Below, piece after piece: positions 43,606 through 51,708 of a stretch of 64,000 bases of DNA. The position numbers were made by a program, and so were the translations under genes. Source of the DNA: Acidimicrobiia bacterium (lineage in GTDB: Bacteria; Actinomycetota; Acidimicrobiia; Acidimicrobiales; Aldehydirespiratoraceae); contig JAJEDD010000014.1 of assembly GCA_022821685.1 (NCBI GenBank), positions 109,604-173,603 on the forward strand, in the 5' to 3' direction. Below the pieces are notes generated by a model, which was not told where the DNA came from, searched no databases, and was given only the letters and a program-made list of their open reading frames with translations. Positions within the stretch are counted from its first letter, which is position 1; the number at the start of each line of letters is the position of its first letter.

Positions 43606-44835
43606 TCACCACTGGCGGGACTGCTCGGCGTAGACGTGGTCGGGCAGCCGGTAGTCGATGCCGAGTTCCTCTAGGGACGACACCTCCAGCAGCGTGTTGA
43701 ACGCGGTGAAGTTCGACTCGCGGGTCAGCCTTGGGAACCGCTTGCGCATGAACTGGTGATACCGCCGCTGCAGCCGGAACCATCTAAGAACCCCGATGGT
43801 TCGAGAGGGCGGGTAGTTGAGCTGATCGGCCACCTCGCTGCCGATCATGGCCCGCGACACCTCGAAAATGTACTTGGTCAGCTTGCGGCGAGCGTCCCGC
43901 TCGGCGATGCCCGCCACCACCGGGGCCGAGTTGATCAGCGCGTTGGCCAGCACGATCGACTCCATGCCCGGATCGGGCTCGCACAGCCGGCCGATCTCGA
44001 ACAGTGCCAGGGCGTCGTCGTAGTCGCCGCAGAGGATCGTCTCGGGTATCCCCATCAGGTGGCCCGAGTAGCGCCAGACGTCCATGAAGCTGTCGCGCTC
44101 GGACTCGCTGTAGTCGGCGCCCATCTTCTTCATGTGCTGGAGCATCCGGGCCGAGAAGGCGGTGAGGGCGAAGCCGACCTGGGCGGCGCTGAGCGGCTCG
44201 CCCCACGCCTCGGTGTCCCAGTCGTCGGAATGGTTGAACAGGTGCCTGACCTTGGCGTGGATCAGCCGGATCCGGATCGACAGCCTCCAGCCGTCGCCCC
44301 TGAAGTCCAACCCGCCCGGCAGCAGGATCTCGATCATGTGGCGGTTGTTCTGGTGCAGGCGCCTCACACCCTGGTCGCGCAGCCTGCCGGTGATGAAGAA
44401 CGACCGGGCGATGGTGGTGGTGAATCCCTCCACCAGCACTCCGCCCAGCATGGAGGCCAGACACGCGCCCGAGTCCCGGTGGAAGGCCCGGATGCCTCCG
44501 TCGAAGCTGGCCGACTCGACCCAGGCGGGAACGGTCTGCAAGTCCTCGACGAAGGCATGCACCGCGGCCGGGGCATCGCGCAGCACCGGATCGTCGGGAT
44601 TCTCGATGGCGGCGCGGATCAACCGATCCGAGTCCCGGGCCGAGACCTCGCTGAGCTGCTCCATCATCTCGTCGCACAGCGGATCACCAATGGTGGTGTG
44701 AACGATGTAGTTGCGGGCCCGCACCGGATCCACCGCGCGCGCCCGGGCATACGTGGCGAGATAGTCGGTCGGGATGGTCAGCGGTTCAGAGCCGTCGGAG
44801 CCTCCGTTGGCACCGTTCGAGATGAGTTGCCCCAT
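43606..44835 (-). CDS. oxygenase MpaB / DUF2236 family protein
   Basis: 409 aa. Blocks such as GVRRLHQNNRHMIEILLPG and RIRLIHAKVRHLF match my recollection of DUF2236 (MpaB / latex-clearing-like) proteins. Confidence 0.7.
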   Translation of the reverse strand: MGQLISNGANGGSDGSEPLTIPTDYLATYARARAVDPVRARNYIVHTTIGDPLCDEMMEQLSEVSARDSDRLIRAAIENPDDPVLRDAPAAVHAFVEDLQTVPAWVESASFDGGIRAFHRDSGACLASMLGGVLVEGFTTTIARSFFITGRLRDQGVRRLHQNNRHMIEILLPGGLDFRGDGWRLSIRIRLIHAKVRHLFNHSDDWDTEAWGEPLSAAQVGFALTAFSARMLQHMKKMGADYSESERDSFMDVWRYSGHLMGIPETILCGDYDDALALFEIGRLCEPDPGMESIVLANALINSAPVVAGIAERDARRKLTKYIFEVSRAMIGSEVADQLNYPPSRTIGVLRWFRLQRRYHQFMRKRFPRLTRESNFTAFNTLLEVSSLEELGIDYRLPDHVYAEQSRQW

Positions 44836-44866
44836 ACGGAATACATGCCTCGGTCGCTTCTACAGG

Positions 44867-44880
44867 CCCCCCCCCCCCCC
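44867..44880. repeat. homopolymeric C14 tract (G14 on the mpaB-like coding strand)
   Basis: Counted directly from ggCCCCCCCCCCCCCCaacg. It lies 31 nt upstream of the mpaB-like ATG (44835) and 38 nt downstream of the stop of the preceding minus-strand gene. Confidence 0.9.
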
Positions 44881-44918
44881 AACGTTATCCACAATCGCCT
44901 CTGCAACCGTTATCGCGT

Positions 44919-46238
44919 TCAGCTCCATGGGTAGGGCGAGTTGCTCACCGGGTGGAGCTTGCCCTCGGCGTAGCGCGACCACCGGAACGGCGCCAGCAAC
45001 CCTTGGGGCTCCCCCAGCAGCTCGGCGGCCACCAGCGGGCCGACGCCGATCATCTTGTAACCGTGGTTGGAGTCGGCGATGAAGTAGACGTTGTCGCAGA
45101 ACGTGTCGAACACCGGGAAGTTGTCGGGCGAAAAGCTGCCGATGCCGCCGGAGGGCTCGGTGCTCATGAGATGCGACTTGCCCTCGAAGCGCTTCTGGCA
45201 GTGGGCCAGCGCCGCGGTCCAGGTGCGGTAGAAGTCCTCGCCCACGATGAAGTCGGGGGAGTCGGGTCCGTAGGGGTCGACAGCCACCTGGTCCGCCGGC
45301 TTGTCCACCACGTAGGGCATGTAGCCGCCCTGCACGCCGCCGAAGTTGAAGTCGGGCTTGTAGTACACGCCCCACGGCGCATCGGTGACCAGCCCGGCCT
45401 CGTCGTACAGCGGGGCGTCGGTGTCGATGTGCACCACCGGCGGCATGGTGCCGTCGTTGGCGGTGAGGTAGCCGGGATCGACCTCGAGGGTGCCCTCCTG
45501 CAGGCACATGTAGGTCCAGGTCGGGCGACGATGCAGGCACCCGTCGCCGCCGAGCACGTCGGTCTCGAACGGCAGGTCGAGCATGGCCCAGATCTGCTGC
45601 ACCCACGGCCCCACCGCCACCACCGCCTGCTCGCAGGCCACCGGGCCCTGATCGGTCAGCACCGCGGCAACCGCTCCGGAGGCGTCGCGGTCGAAGCCGG
45701 TGACGGTGACGCCGCCCACCACCGTCACCCCCTGGGCCTCGGCCTTGCCGAGCAGCCCTTTGAGCGAAGCCATGTTGTTGGCGTAGCCGCCGCGGTGCTC
45801 GTGCAGCACGCTGGTGACGCCCTGGGCCTGCCAGTCGTCGAAGATTCCCCGCATGTACGCCGCCGACTCGTCGGCGCCCTCCACGAACGTCGAGGAGTAG
45901 CCGATGGCCTGCTGCTGCTCGTGGATGGAGGCCACATCGGCTCGCATGGCCTCATGGCTGATCTGCAGGTAGCCCACCGGGTGGTAGGAGAACGCCTCGG
46001 GGTCGCTCTCCCACACGTCGACGCAGTGGGCCATCAGCTCGCGCATGGCCGGCTGGAAGTAGTTGTTGCGCACCACGCCGCAGGCGATGCCGGAGGCGCC
46101 CGCGCCGACGCCGGTCTTGTCGATCACCACCACGTCGTCGCCCGACACCCGCGGGTCTCGGGCCAGGCTCCAGGCGGTCGACAGGCCGTGGATGCCTGCG
46201 CCGATGATCACATAGCGCGCTGAGCTGGGAAGTCCCAT
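44919..46238 (-). CDS. FAD-dependent oxidoreductase (DAO family, sarcosine-oxidase-beta-like) with long insertions
   Basis: 439 aa. The dinucleotide motif is YVIIGAGIHGLSTAWSLA. AAGGAGGG lies before the ATG. It is the last gene of the gmaS-mgs strand block. Confidence 0.85.
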   Translation of the reverse strand: MGLPSSARYVIIGAGIHGLSTAWSLARDPRVSGDDVVVIDKTGVGAGASGIACGVVRNNYFQPAMRELMAHCVDVWESDPEAFSYHPVGYLQISHEAMRADVASIHEQQQAIGYSSTFVEGADESAAYMRGIFDDWQAQGVTSVLHEHRGGYANNMASLKGLLGKAEAQGVTVVGGVTVTGFDRDASGAVAAVLTDQGPVACEQAVVAVGPWVQQIWAMLDLPFETDVLGGDGCLHRRPTWTYMCLQEGTLEVDPGYLTANDGTMPPVVHIDTDAPLYDEAGLVTDAPWGVYYKPDFNFGGVQGGYMPYVVDKPADQVAVDPYGPDSPDFIVGEDFYRTWTAALAHCQKRFEGKSHLMSTEPSGGIGSFSPDNFPVFDTFCDNVYFIADSNHGYKMIGVGPLVAAELLGEPQGLLAPFRWSRYAEGKLHPVSNSPYPWS

Positions 46239-46279
46239 TGGCGCTGCCCTCCTTGTGTTGCCGCCCCGCCTTGTGCCTT

Positions 46280-46424
46280 AGAGGCCGAGCGGATAGACCC
46301 CGCCCCGCTTGCGGTTCCTGCAGTGCGCATAGCGAGGCCGTGGCCCGAGCGGCCCGTGAGCGCAGCGAACAAGAGCGGGAATGACACCGCTGCACCGCGA
46401 AACGTTTGGGAGCAATCCGCGCAT
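46280..46424 (+). repeat. intergenic repeat element, copy B
   Basis: The core 46332-46393 is 62/62 identical to 24380-24441, and both flanks are shared. It sits in the 190-bp spacer between two co-oriented minus-strand genes. Confidence 0.8.
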
Positions 46425-46428
46425 GTTC

Positions 46429-46884
46429 TTAGTGGCCGGCGGGGGCGGTCCAGCCCTCCAGCACCGGCTGTCGCCAGTCGGCGCCCACCACCGGTGAGTC
46501 GTCCACCCACGGCCCCAGCTCCACCTGCGGGAACTTGCAGTGGATGTCCTTGAGGGTGATCCCGTAGGAGTTGCCCTCGGTGAGATGCTTGACCAGCACC
46601 TTGCGGGCGATCTCGTCCTCTCGGCCCGCGGGGATGTCGAAGTAGATCTTCAGGAACGAGTTGGAGTAGCGGTCGAACACCGCGGGCACGCCGTCCTCCT
46701 CCAGCAGGTTGATGTCCTCCAGCCAGTTGATGTCCTGTCCGGGAGTGGCGGCCAGCAGGTCGATGTCCTCCACCAGCGACATGTCCTCCTGGTAGGCGAA
46801 ACGCTTGCCCGCCAACACCTCGGCATCGATGGCAACCGTTCGGGTCTCGCGCGAGCTCTCGCCCGTGCTCGCCGATCCAGCCAT
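46429..46884 (-). CDS. hypothetical 151-aa acidic protein, no family recognised
   Basis: ATG 46884 lies 2 nt after the mgsC stop. The sequence looks like a normal protein (MAGSASTGESSRETRTVAIDAEVLAGKRFAYQEDMSLVEDIDLLAATPGQDINWLEDINLLEEDGVPAVFDRYSNSFLKIYFDIPAGREDEIARKVLVKHLTEGNSYGITLKDIHCKF...). The N-terminal 112 aa of the track ORF overlap mgsC and are rejected. Confidence 0.7.
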   Translation of the reverse strand: MAGSASTGESSRETRTVAIDAEVLAGKRFAYQEDMSLVEDIDLLAATPGQDINWLEDINLLEEDGVPAVFDRYSNSFLKIYFDIPAGREDEIARKVLVKHLTEGNSYGITLKDIHCKFPQVELGPWVDDSPVVGADWRQPVLEGWTAPAGH

Positions 46885-46886
46885 TC

Positions 46887-48281
46887 TCACGTACCTCCGT
46901 CGATCACGTGCTTCTCGAACAGATCCCGGATCTCGGCCAGGGTGCGCTCCTCGGTGACGCCCGGGATGTAGTTGGTTCCCGCCAGCGGCACCTTGGCCAT
47001 GGCCGCGGCCTCGTGGGTGAGGGCGGCCAGATCCTCGGGCTCCAGCGAGTGGATGTCGGTCTTGCCGCAGGCCCGGGCCAGCATCTGCACTTCCATGGTG
47101 AGGGTGATCAGGAAGTTGTAGACCCGCAGGGCGGCCTCGTCGACGTCGAGGCGCTTGCGCAGCTCCACATCCTGGGTGGCCACCCCCACCGGGCAGCGGC
47201 CGGTGTGGCAGTGGTAGCACTCCCCCGCGGGCACGCCGATGGTGCCCTCATAGTCGGTGACGCCGGGAATCTCCTTGTTGCAGTTGAGCGCCATCAGCGC
47301 GGCCGTGCCCAGCGCCACCGCGTTGGCGCCCAGGGCCAGGCACTTGGCCACATCGCCGCCGTTGCGGATGCCGCCCGCCACCACGAGGTCGATGTCGTCG
47401 GCCAGGCCCACGTCCTCCAGGGCCCGGCGGGCCTCGGGGATGGCCGCCATCAGCGGGATGCCGGTCTCCTCGGTGGCGAGGTGGGGTCCCGCGCCGGTGC
47501 CGCCCTCGGCGCCGTCGAGGTAGATCACGTCGGGGCCGCACTTGGCCGCCATGCGCACATCGTCGTACACCCGGGCCGAGCCCAGCTTGAGCTGGATGGG
47601 GATCTGGTAGTCGGTGGCCTCGCGGATCTCCTGGATCTTGAGCGACAGGTCGTCGGGGCCGAGCCAGTCGGGATGCCGGGCCGGGGAGCGCTGGTCGATG
47701 CCCGCTGGCAGCGAGCGCATCTCGGCCACCTGCTCGGTCACCTTCTGGCCCATGAGGTGGCCGCCCAGACCGACCTTGCAGCCCTGGCCGATGAAGAACT
47801 CCACCGCGTCGGCCAGCATCAGGTGGTGGGGGTTGAAGCCGTAGCGGCTCTGGATGATCTGGTAGTACCACTTGGTGGACAGGTCGCGCTCGGGCGGGAT
47901 CATCCCTCCCTCGCCCGAGCAGGTGGCGGTGCCGGCCATGGAGGCGCCCTTGGCCAGCGCCATCTTGGCCTCCAGCGACAGCGCGCCGAAGCTCATGCCG
48001 GTGATGTACACCGGGATGTCGAGCTCCAGCGGCTTGGCCGCGAAGCGCGATCCGATCACCGTGCGGGTCTCGCACTTCTCCCGGTAGCCCTCGATCACGA
48101 ACCGGGTGAGCGTTCCGGGCAGGAACACCAGCTCGTCCCAGTGGGGGATCTTCTTGAAGATGGAGAAGCCCCGCATCCGGTAGCGGCCCAGCTCGGCCTT
48201 CACATGGATGTCGTTGATGACCTCCGGGGTGAAGATCCGGCTCTTGCCGAGAACGTCGGTGCTCTTGTTCACCTCTGCCAT
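46887..48281 (-). CDS. mgsC: FMN-binding glutamate-synthase-family protein, N-methylglutamate synthase subunit C type
   Basis: 464 aa. Motifs present are GMSFGALS, LDGAEGGTGAGP and GGIRNGGDVAKCLALGANAVALGTA. The assignment rests on its context with gmaS, mgsA and mgsB. Confidence 0.85.
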   Translation of the reverse strand: MAEVNKSTDVLGKSRIFTPEVINDIHVKAELGRYRMRGFSIFKKIPHWDELVFLPGTLTRFVIEGYREKCETRTVIGSRFAAKPLELDIPVYITGMSFGALSLEAKMALAKGASMAGTATCSGEGGMIPPERDLSTKWYYQIIQSRYGFNPHHLMLADAVEFFIGQGCKVGLGGHLMGQKVTEQVAEMRSLPAGIDQRSPARHPDWLGPDDLSLKIQEIREATDYQIPIQLKLGSARVYDDVRMAAKCGPDVIYLDGAEGGTGAGPHLATEETGIPLMAAIPEARRALEDVGLADDIDLVVAGGIRNGGDVAKCLALGANAVALGTAALMALNCNKEIPGVTDYEGTIGVPAGECYHCHTGRCPVGVATQDVELRKRLDVDEAALRVYNFLITLTMEVQMLARACGKTDIHSLEPEDLAALTHEAAAMAKVPLAGTNYIPGVTEERTLAEIRDLFEKHVIDGGT

Positions 48282-48312
48282 GGCTGCCCCTCGTATCTGT
48301 CTCAGTCGTGCT

Positions 48313-49107
48313 CTAGTGGATGACCAGCTTGCGCTCGGAGGGCTCCAGCGCGTCGTAGTTGTGGAGCTGCTTGCCGCACACGAACTTCTGGAACTCGGGC
48401 GGGTCGCCGAGACTGTGGATACCGAACTTGCGCTCGATCAGCTCGGTGTCGGCGTCGTCCCACTCGCCGGGCACGCAGTCCACTCCCAGCGAGCGCACCT
48501 TGCCGGCCACATAGATGGCGCCGTCGTACATCGAGTCGCCCAGGTTCATGCCCGCGTTGCCGCAGATGATCTGGCGGCCCCGCTGCATCATGAACCCGGT
48601 GTTGATGCCCACGTCGCCGGTGACGATGATCGTGCCGCCCTTCTGGTCGATGCCGGTGCGAGCCCCCACGTCGCCCTTGACGATCAGGTCGCCGCCCCGG
48701 ATGGCCGCCCCGGTGAGCGACCCCGCGCTGCGCTCCACCGTCACCACTCCCGACATCATGTTCTCGGCCACCGACCAGCCCACCCGGCCGTTGATGGTGA
48801 CCTCGGGGCCGTCGATCAGCCCGCAGGCGAACCAGCCCGGGCTGCCCTCGAAATGGATGCGGCAGCGCTTGAGGATGCCTACTGCCAGCGAGTGCTTGGA
48901 CGCCGGGTTGAGCACGGTCACGTCGGCGATGCCGTCGTTGTAGATGAGTTGGCGCAGCGCCATGTTGATCTGGCGGATGGTCAGCTCGGAGGCGTCGAAG
49001 CGGGCCCGGTCACCGTCGACCTCGATGTTGTCGGGCATGTCGGCGTGGGGCTCCACCAAGCCCCGGGCGTCGTAGCTGATGCCGCTGCGCGACCCTGAGC
49101 CAGGCAT
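48313..49107 (-). CDS. mgsB: GXGXG-motif (glutamate synthase alpha C-terminal domain-like) protein, N-methylglutamate synthase subunit B type
   Basis: ATG 49107 follows GAGGGGAG. It has repeated beta-helix Gly motifs: GDVGARTGIDQKGGTIIVTGDVGINTGFMMQRGRQIICGNAGMNLGDSMYDGAIYVAG. Confidence 0.82.
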   Translation of the reverse strand: MPGSGSRSGISYDARGLVEPHADMPDNIEVDGDRARFDASELTIRQINMALRQLIYNDGIADVTVLNPASKHSLAVGILKRCRIHFEGSPGWFACGLIDGPEVTINGRVGWSVAENMMSGVVTVERSAGSLTGAAIRGGDLIVKGDVGARTGIDQKGGTIIVTGDVGINTGFMMQRGRQIICGNAGMNLGDSMYDGAIYVAGKVRSLGVDCVPGEWDDADTELIERKFGIHSLGDPPEFQKFVCGKQLHNYDALEPSERKLVIH

Positions 49108-49159
49108 TACTGCTCCCCTCTTCGGCGGTGGCTCCGACGGCTGCGGCGTGGACGTGAAC

Positions 49160-50089
49160 TCAGACCTGCCACACCAGCACCTCTCGCTCGTAGGGGTCGC
49201 GGGTCTCCACCTCGCGCTGCACCAGCGCCCGGATGGCGACCTCCTCGGTGGCCACCGCCACCAGCGGCTCCGACTCGAACAGCACCAGCGGCTTGGCCGC
49301 CATCTCGTCTTTGGCGATGCCGAGTTCGTTGCCGGTGACACACACGTAGGTGAACACGCCGTCGAGGTCGTCGAGGCTGTGCTTCATGGCCGTCTCCAGC
49401 GTCAGGCCGCGGGACATGTACTCAGCCAGGTACACCGCGATGATCTCGGAGTCGCACTCGCTCTGGAAGCGGTGGCCGTGCTGTTCGAGGCGGCGGCGCC
49501 ACTGGTGGTAGTTGGTGAGCTGGCCGTTGTGGACCACGGCCACGTCCGCGAAGGGGTAGGCCCAGTAGGGGTGGGCGCTGGCCAGGTCGACCTCGGACTC
49601 GGTGGCCATGCGCACGTGGCCGATGCCGTGGGTGCCCCGGAACGAGCCCAGACTGTACTGGCCGCTGACCGTCTCGGCGTCGCCGAGGTCCTTGATGATC
49701 TCCAGCGAGCTGCCCAGCGACAGCACCTCGCAGCCGTCCACATCCTCGAGGTAGTCGGCCAGCGCCTTGAGGTCGCCGCCGTAGCGGATGGTGGCCCGGA
49801 AGGCGTAGCCGGTGTCGCTGCTCACGGTGGCCACCTCGGCGCCGATCTTGGCCAGGCGGCTCTCGACCTCGGCCCGGTTGCGCTCCAGGCGCTCCTCCAT
49901 GCCGAAGCCGGTGCTCTTGTTGGGCTCGGCCAGCACGAACCGGACCACGACGAGGTCGTCGGCCGGTCCGTACACCGCGTAGCCGGTGGAGTCCGGCCCG
50001 CGGTGCTTCATCGACTGGAGCATGGCCGTGAGCTCGGTCCCGACGTCGGCGGCGCCATCCCGATGGATTACGCCCGCTATGCCGCACAT
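49160..50089 (-). CDS. mgsA: class-II (Ntn) glutamine amidotransferase-like protein, N-methylglutamate synthase subunit A type
   Basis: 309 aa. It starts MCGIAGV, with the catalytic Cys right after Met. Confidence 0.82.
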   Translation of the reverse strand: MCGIAGVIHRDGAADVGTELTAMLQSMKHRGPDSTGYAVYGPADDLVVVRFVLAEPNKSTGFGMEERLERNRAEVESRLAKIGAEVATVSSDTGYAFRATIRYGGDLKALADYLEDVDGCEVLSLGSSLEIIKDLGDAETVSGQYSLGSFRGTHGIGHVRMATESEVDLASAHPYWAYPFADVAVVHNGQLTNYHQWRRRLEQHGHRFQSECDSEIIAVYLAEYMSRGLTLETAMKHSLDDLDGVFTYVCVTGNELGIAKDEMAAKPLVLFESEPLVAVATEEVAIRALVQREVETRDPYEREVLVWQV

Positions 50090-50117
50090 GGTGCTGCCTC
50101 CTTGTTTGGGTCGCCCG

Positions 50118-51518
50118 CTAGGGGAGGACGTCGAGGTACTCCTCTACGTCCCAGTCCGAGACGGTGTGCAGGAACCGCTCCCACTCGTCGTTCTTGTAAT
50201 GGAAGAACACGTTGCTCATCTCGCCCGGCAGCGCCCGCATGACCACCTCGTCGCTGCGCAGCGCCTCCAGGGCCTCGCCCAGGGTCAGCGGGATCTTCTG
50301 CACGTCCTTGCCGGCCTCCATGGCCTCGTAGATGTTGCGCTCCTCGGGCTGGCCCGGATCGAGGCTGCGGTCGAGGCCGTCGTCCATGGCCTGCAGCAGG
50401 CCCGCGAACGACAGGTGGGGGTTGACCGCGCTGTCCACCGAGCGGTACTCGAAGCGGCCCGGCGCGCTGACCCGCAGGGCGGTGGTGCGGTTCTGGAAGC
50501 CCCAGTCGGCGAACACCGGCGCCCAGAAGCCGGTGTCCCACAGCCGGCGGTAGGAGTTCACCGTGGGCGAGGTCAGGCAGGTCAGGGCCCGCACATGCTC
50601 GAGGATGCCGCCGATGGCCTTCATGCCGACCGGGCCGGGAAGCTGCGGGTTGTCGCCTTCGGGCATGAACTTGTTGTTGCCGTCGCCGTCCCACAGCGAG
50701 ATGTTGTGGTGGCAGCCGTTGGCCGACACTCCCATGAACGGCTTGGGCATGAAGCACGGGAAGGCTCCGAGCTCGCGGCCCACCTGCTTGCAGACCTGGC
50801 GGTAGGTGGTGAGCCGGTCGGCGGTGAGCTCGGCCCGGTCGAAGTTGAAGTTCAGCTCGAGCTGGCCGGGGGCGTCCTCGTGGTCGCCCTGGATCATGTC
50901 GAGCCCCATGGCCTCGCAGTACTCGATCACTTTGTGGATCAGGGGCTGCAGCTCGGCGAACTGGTCGATGTGGTAGCAGTTGGGCTTGGTCATGCCCTCC
51001 ACGGTGGGCTTGCCGTCGGCGTCGGCCTTGAGCCACATCATCTCGGGCTCGCAGCCGGCCCGCAGGTGCAGCCCGTGCTTGGCCTCGAAATCGGCGTGGA
51101 GCCGCCGCAGGTTGCCCCGGCAGTCGGAGGTCAGGTAGGCGCCGCCGTCGACCTCCTCCTCGCGGCCCCTGAACAGGGTGCACCACACTCGGGCCGTGCG
51201 GGTGTCCCAGGGCAGCGGCATGAACGTCTCGGGCTCGCCGATGCCGACCAGCTCGCGGGCCTCGGGGCCGTAGCCGATGTAGTTGCCGTGCCGGTCGATG
51301 AACAGGTTGGCGGTGGAGCCGTACACGAGCTGGAAGCCCTTGCGAGCGATCATGCCGAAGTGCTTGGCCGGGATGCCCTTGCCCATGATCCGTCCCGTCA
51401 CCGAGACGAACTGGCAGTACAGGTAGCGGATGTCGTCGGCCTCGATGCGGGCCTCCACCTCGCGGATCTGCTCCTCGCGTCCGTCCGCTGCGACGAACCG
51501 CTCTAGGTCAGTGGACAT
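50118..51518 (-). CDS. gmaS: glutamine-synthetase-family protein, gamma-glutamylmethylamide synthetase type
   Basis: ATG 51518 (MSTDLERFVAADGREEQIREV...). GS catalytic-domain blocks are present (CEPEMMWL, GDHEDAPGQLELNF, MPKPFMGVSANGCHHNISLW). It lies directly upstream of mgsABC. Confidence 0.82.
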   Translation of the reverse strand: MSTDLERFVAADGREEQIREVEARIEADDIRYLYCQFVSVTGRIMGKGIPAKHFGMIARKGFQLVYGSTANLFIDRHGNYIGYGPEARELVGIGEPETFMPLPWDTRTARVWCTLFRGREEEVDGGAYLTSDCRGNLRRLHADFEAKHGLHLRAGCEPEMMWLKADADGKPTVEGMTKPNCYHIDQFAELQPLIHKVIEYCEAMGLDMIQGDHEDAPGQLELNFNFDRAELTADRLTTYRQVCKQVGRELGAFPCFMPKPFMGVSANGCHHNISLWDGDGNNKFMPEGDNPQLPGPVGMKAIGGILEHVRALTCLTSPTVNSYRRLWDTGFWAPVFADWGFQNRTTALRVSAPGRFEYRSVDSAVNPHLSFAGLLQAMDDGLDRSLDPGQPEERNIYEAMEAGKDVQKIPLTLGEALEALRSDEVVMRALPGEMSNVFFHYKNDEWERFLHTVSDWDVEEYLDVLP

Positions 51519-51708
51519 TTCTTTCCCCCTGCGGGTGAGCTTGTGAGTGCGGCGAAACCGTAGCGCTCGGGGCGCTAGTGGTTCCACCCCTCACGCAGGC
51601 TCAACCGTATCACGACGAGCGTCTCGATGTCTAATCAGGGTAGAGACGCTTTACTGACATTAGATACCTGATTCATCTGCTGCGCTCGGACTCATAGGGT
51701 TGTGTGCT

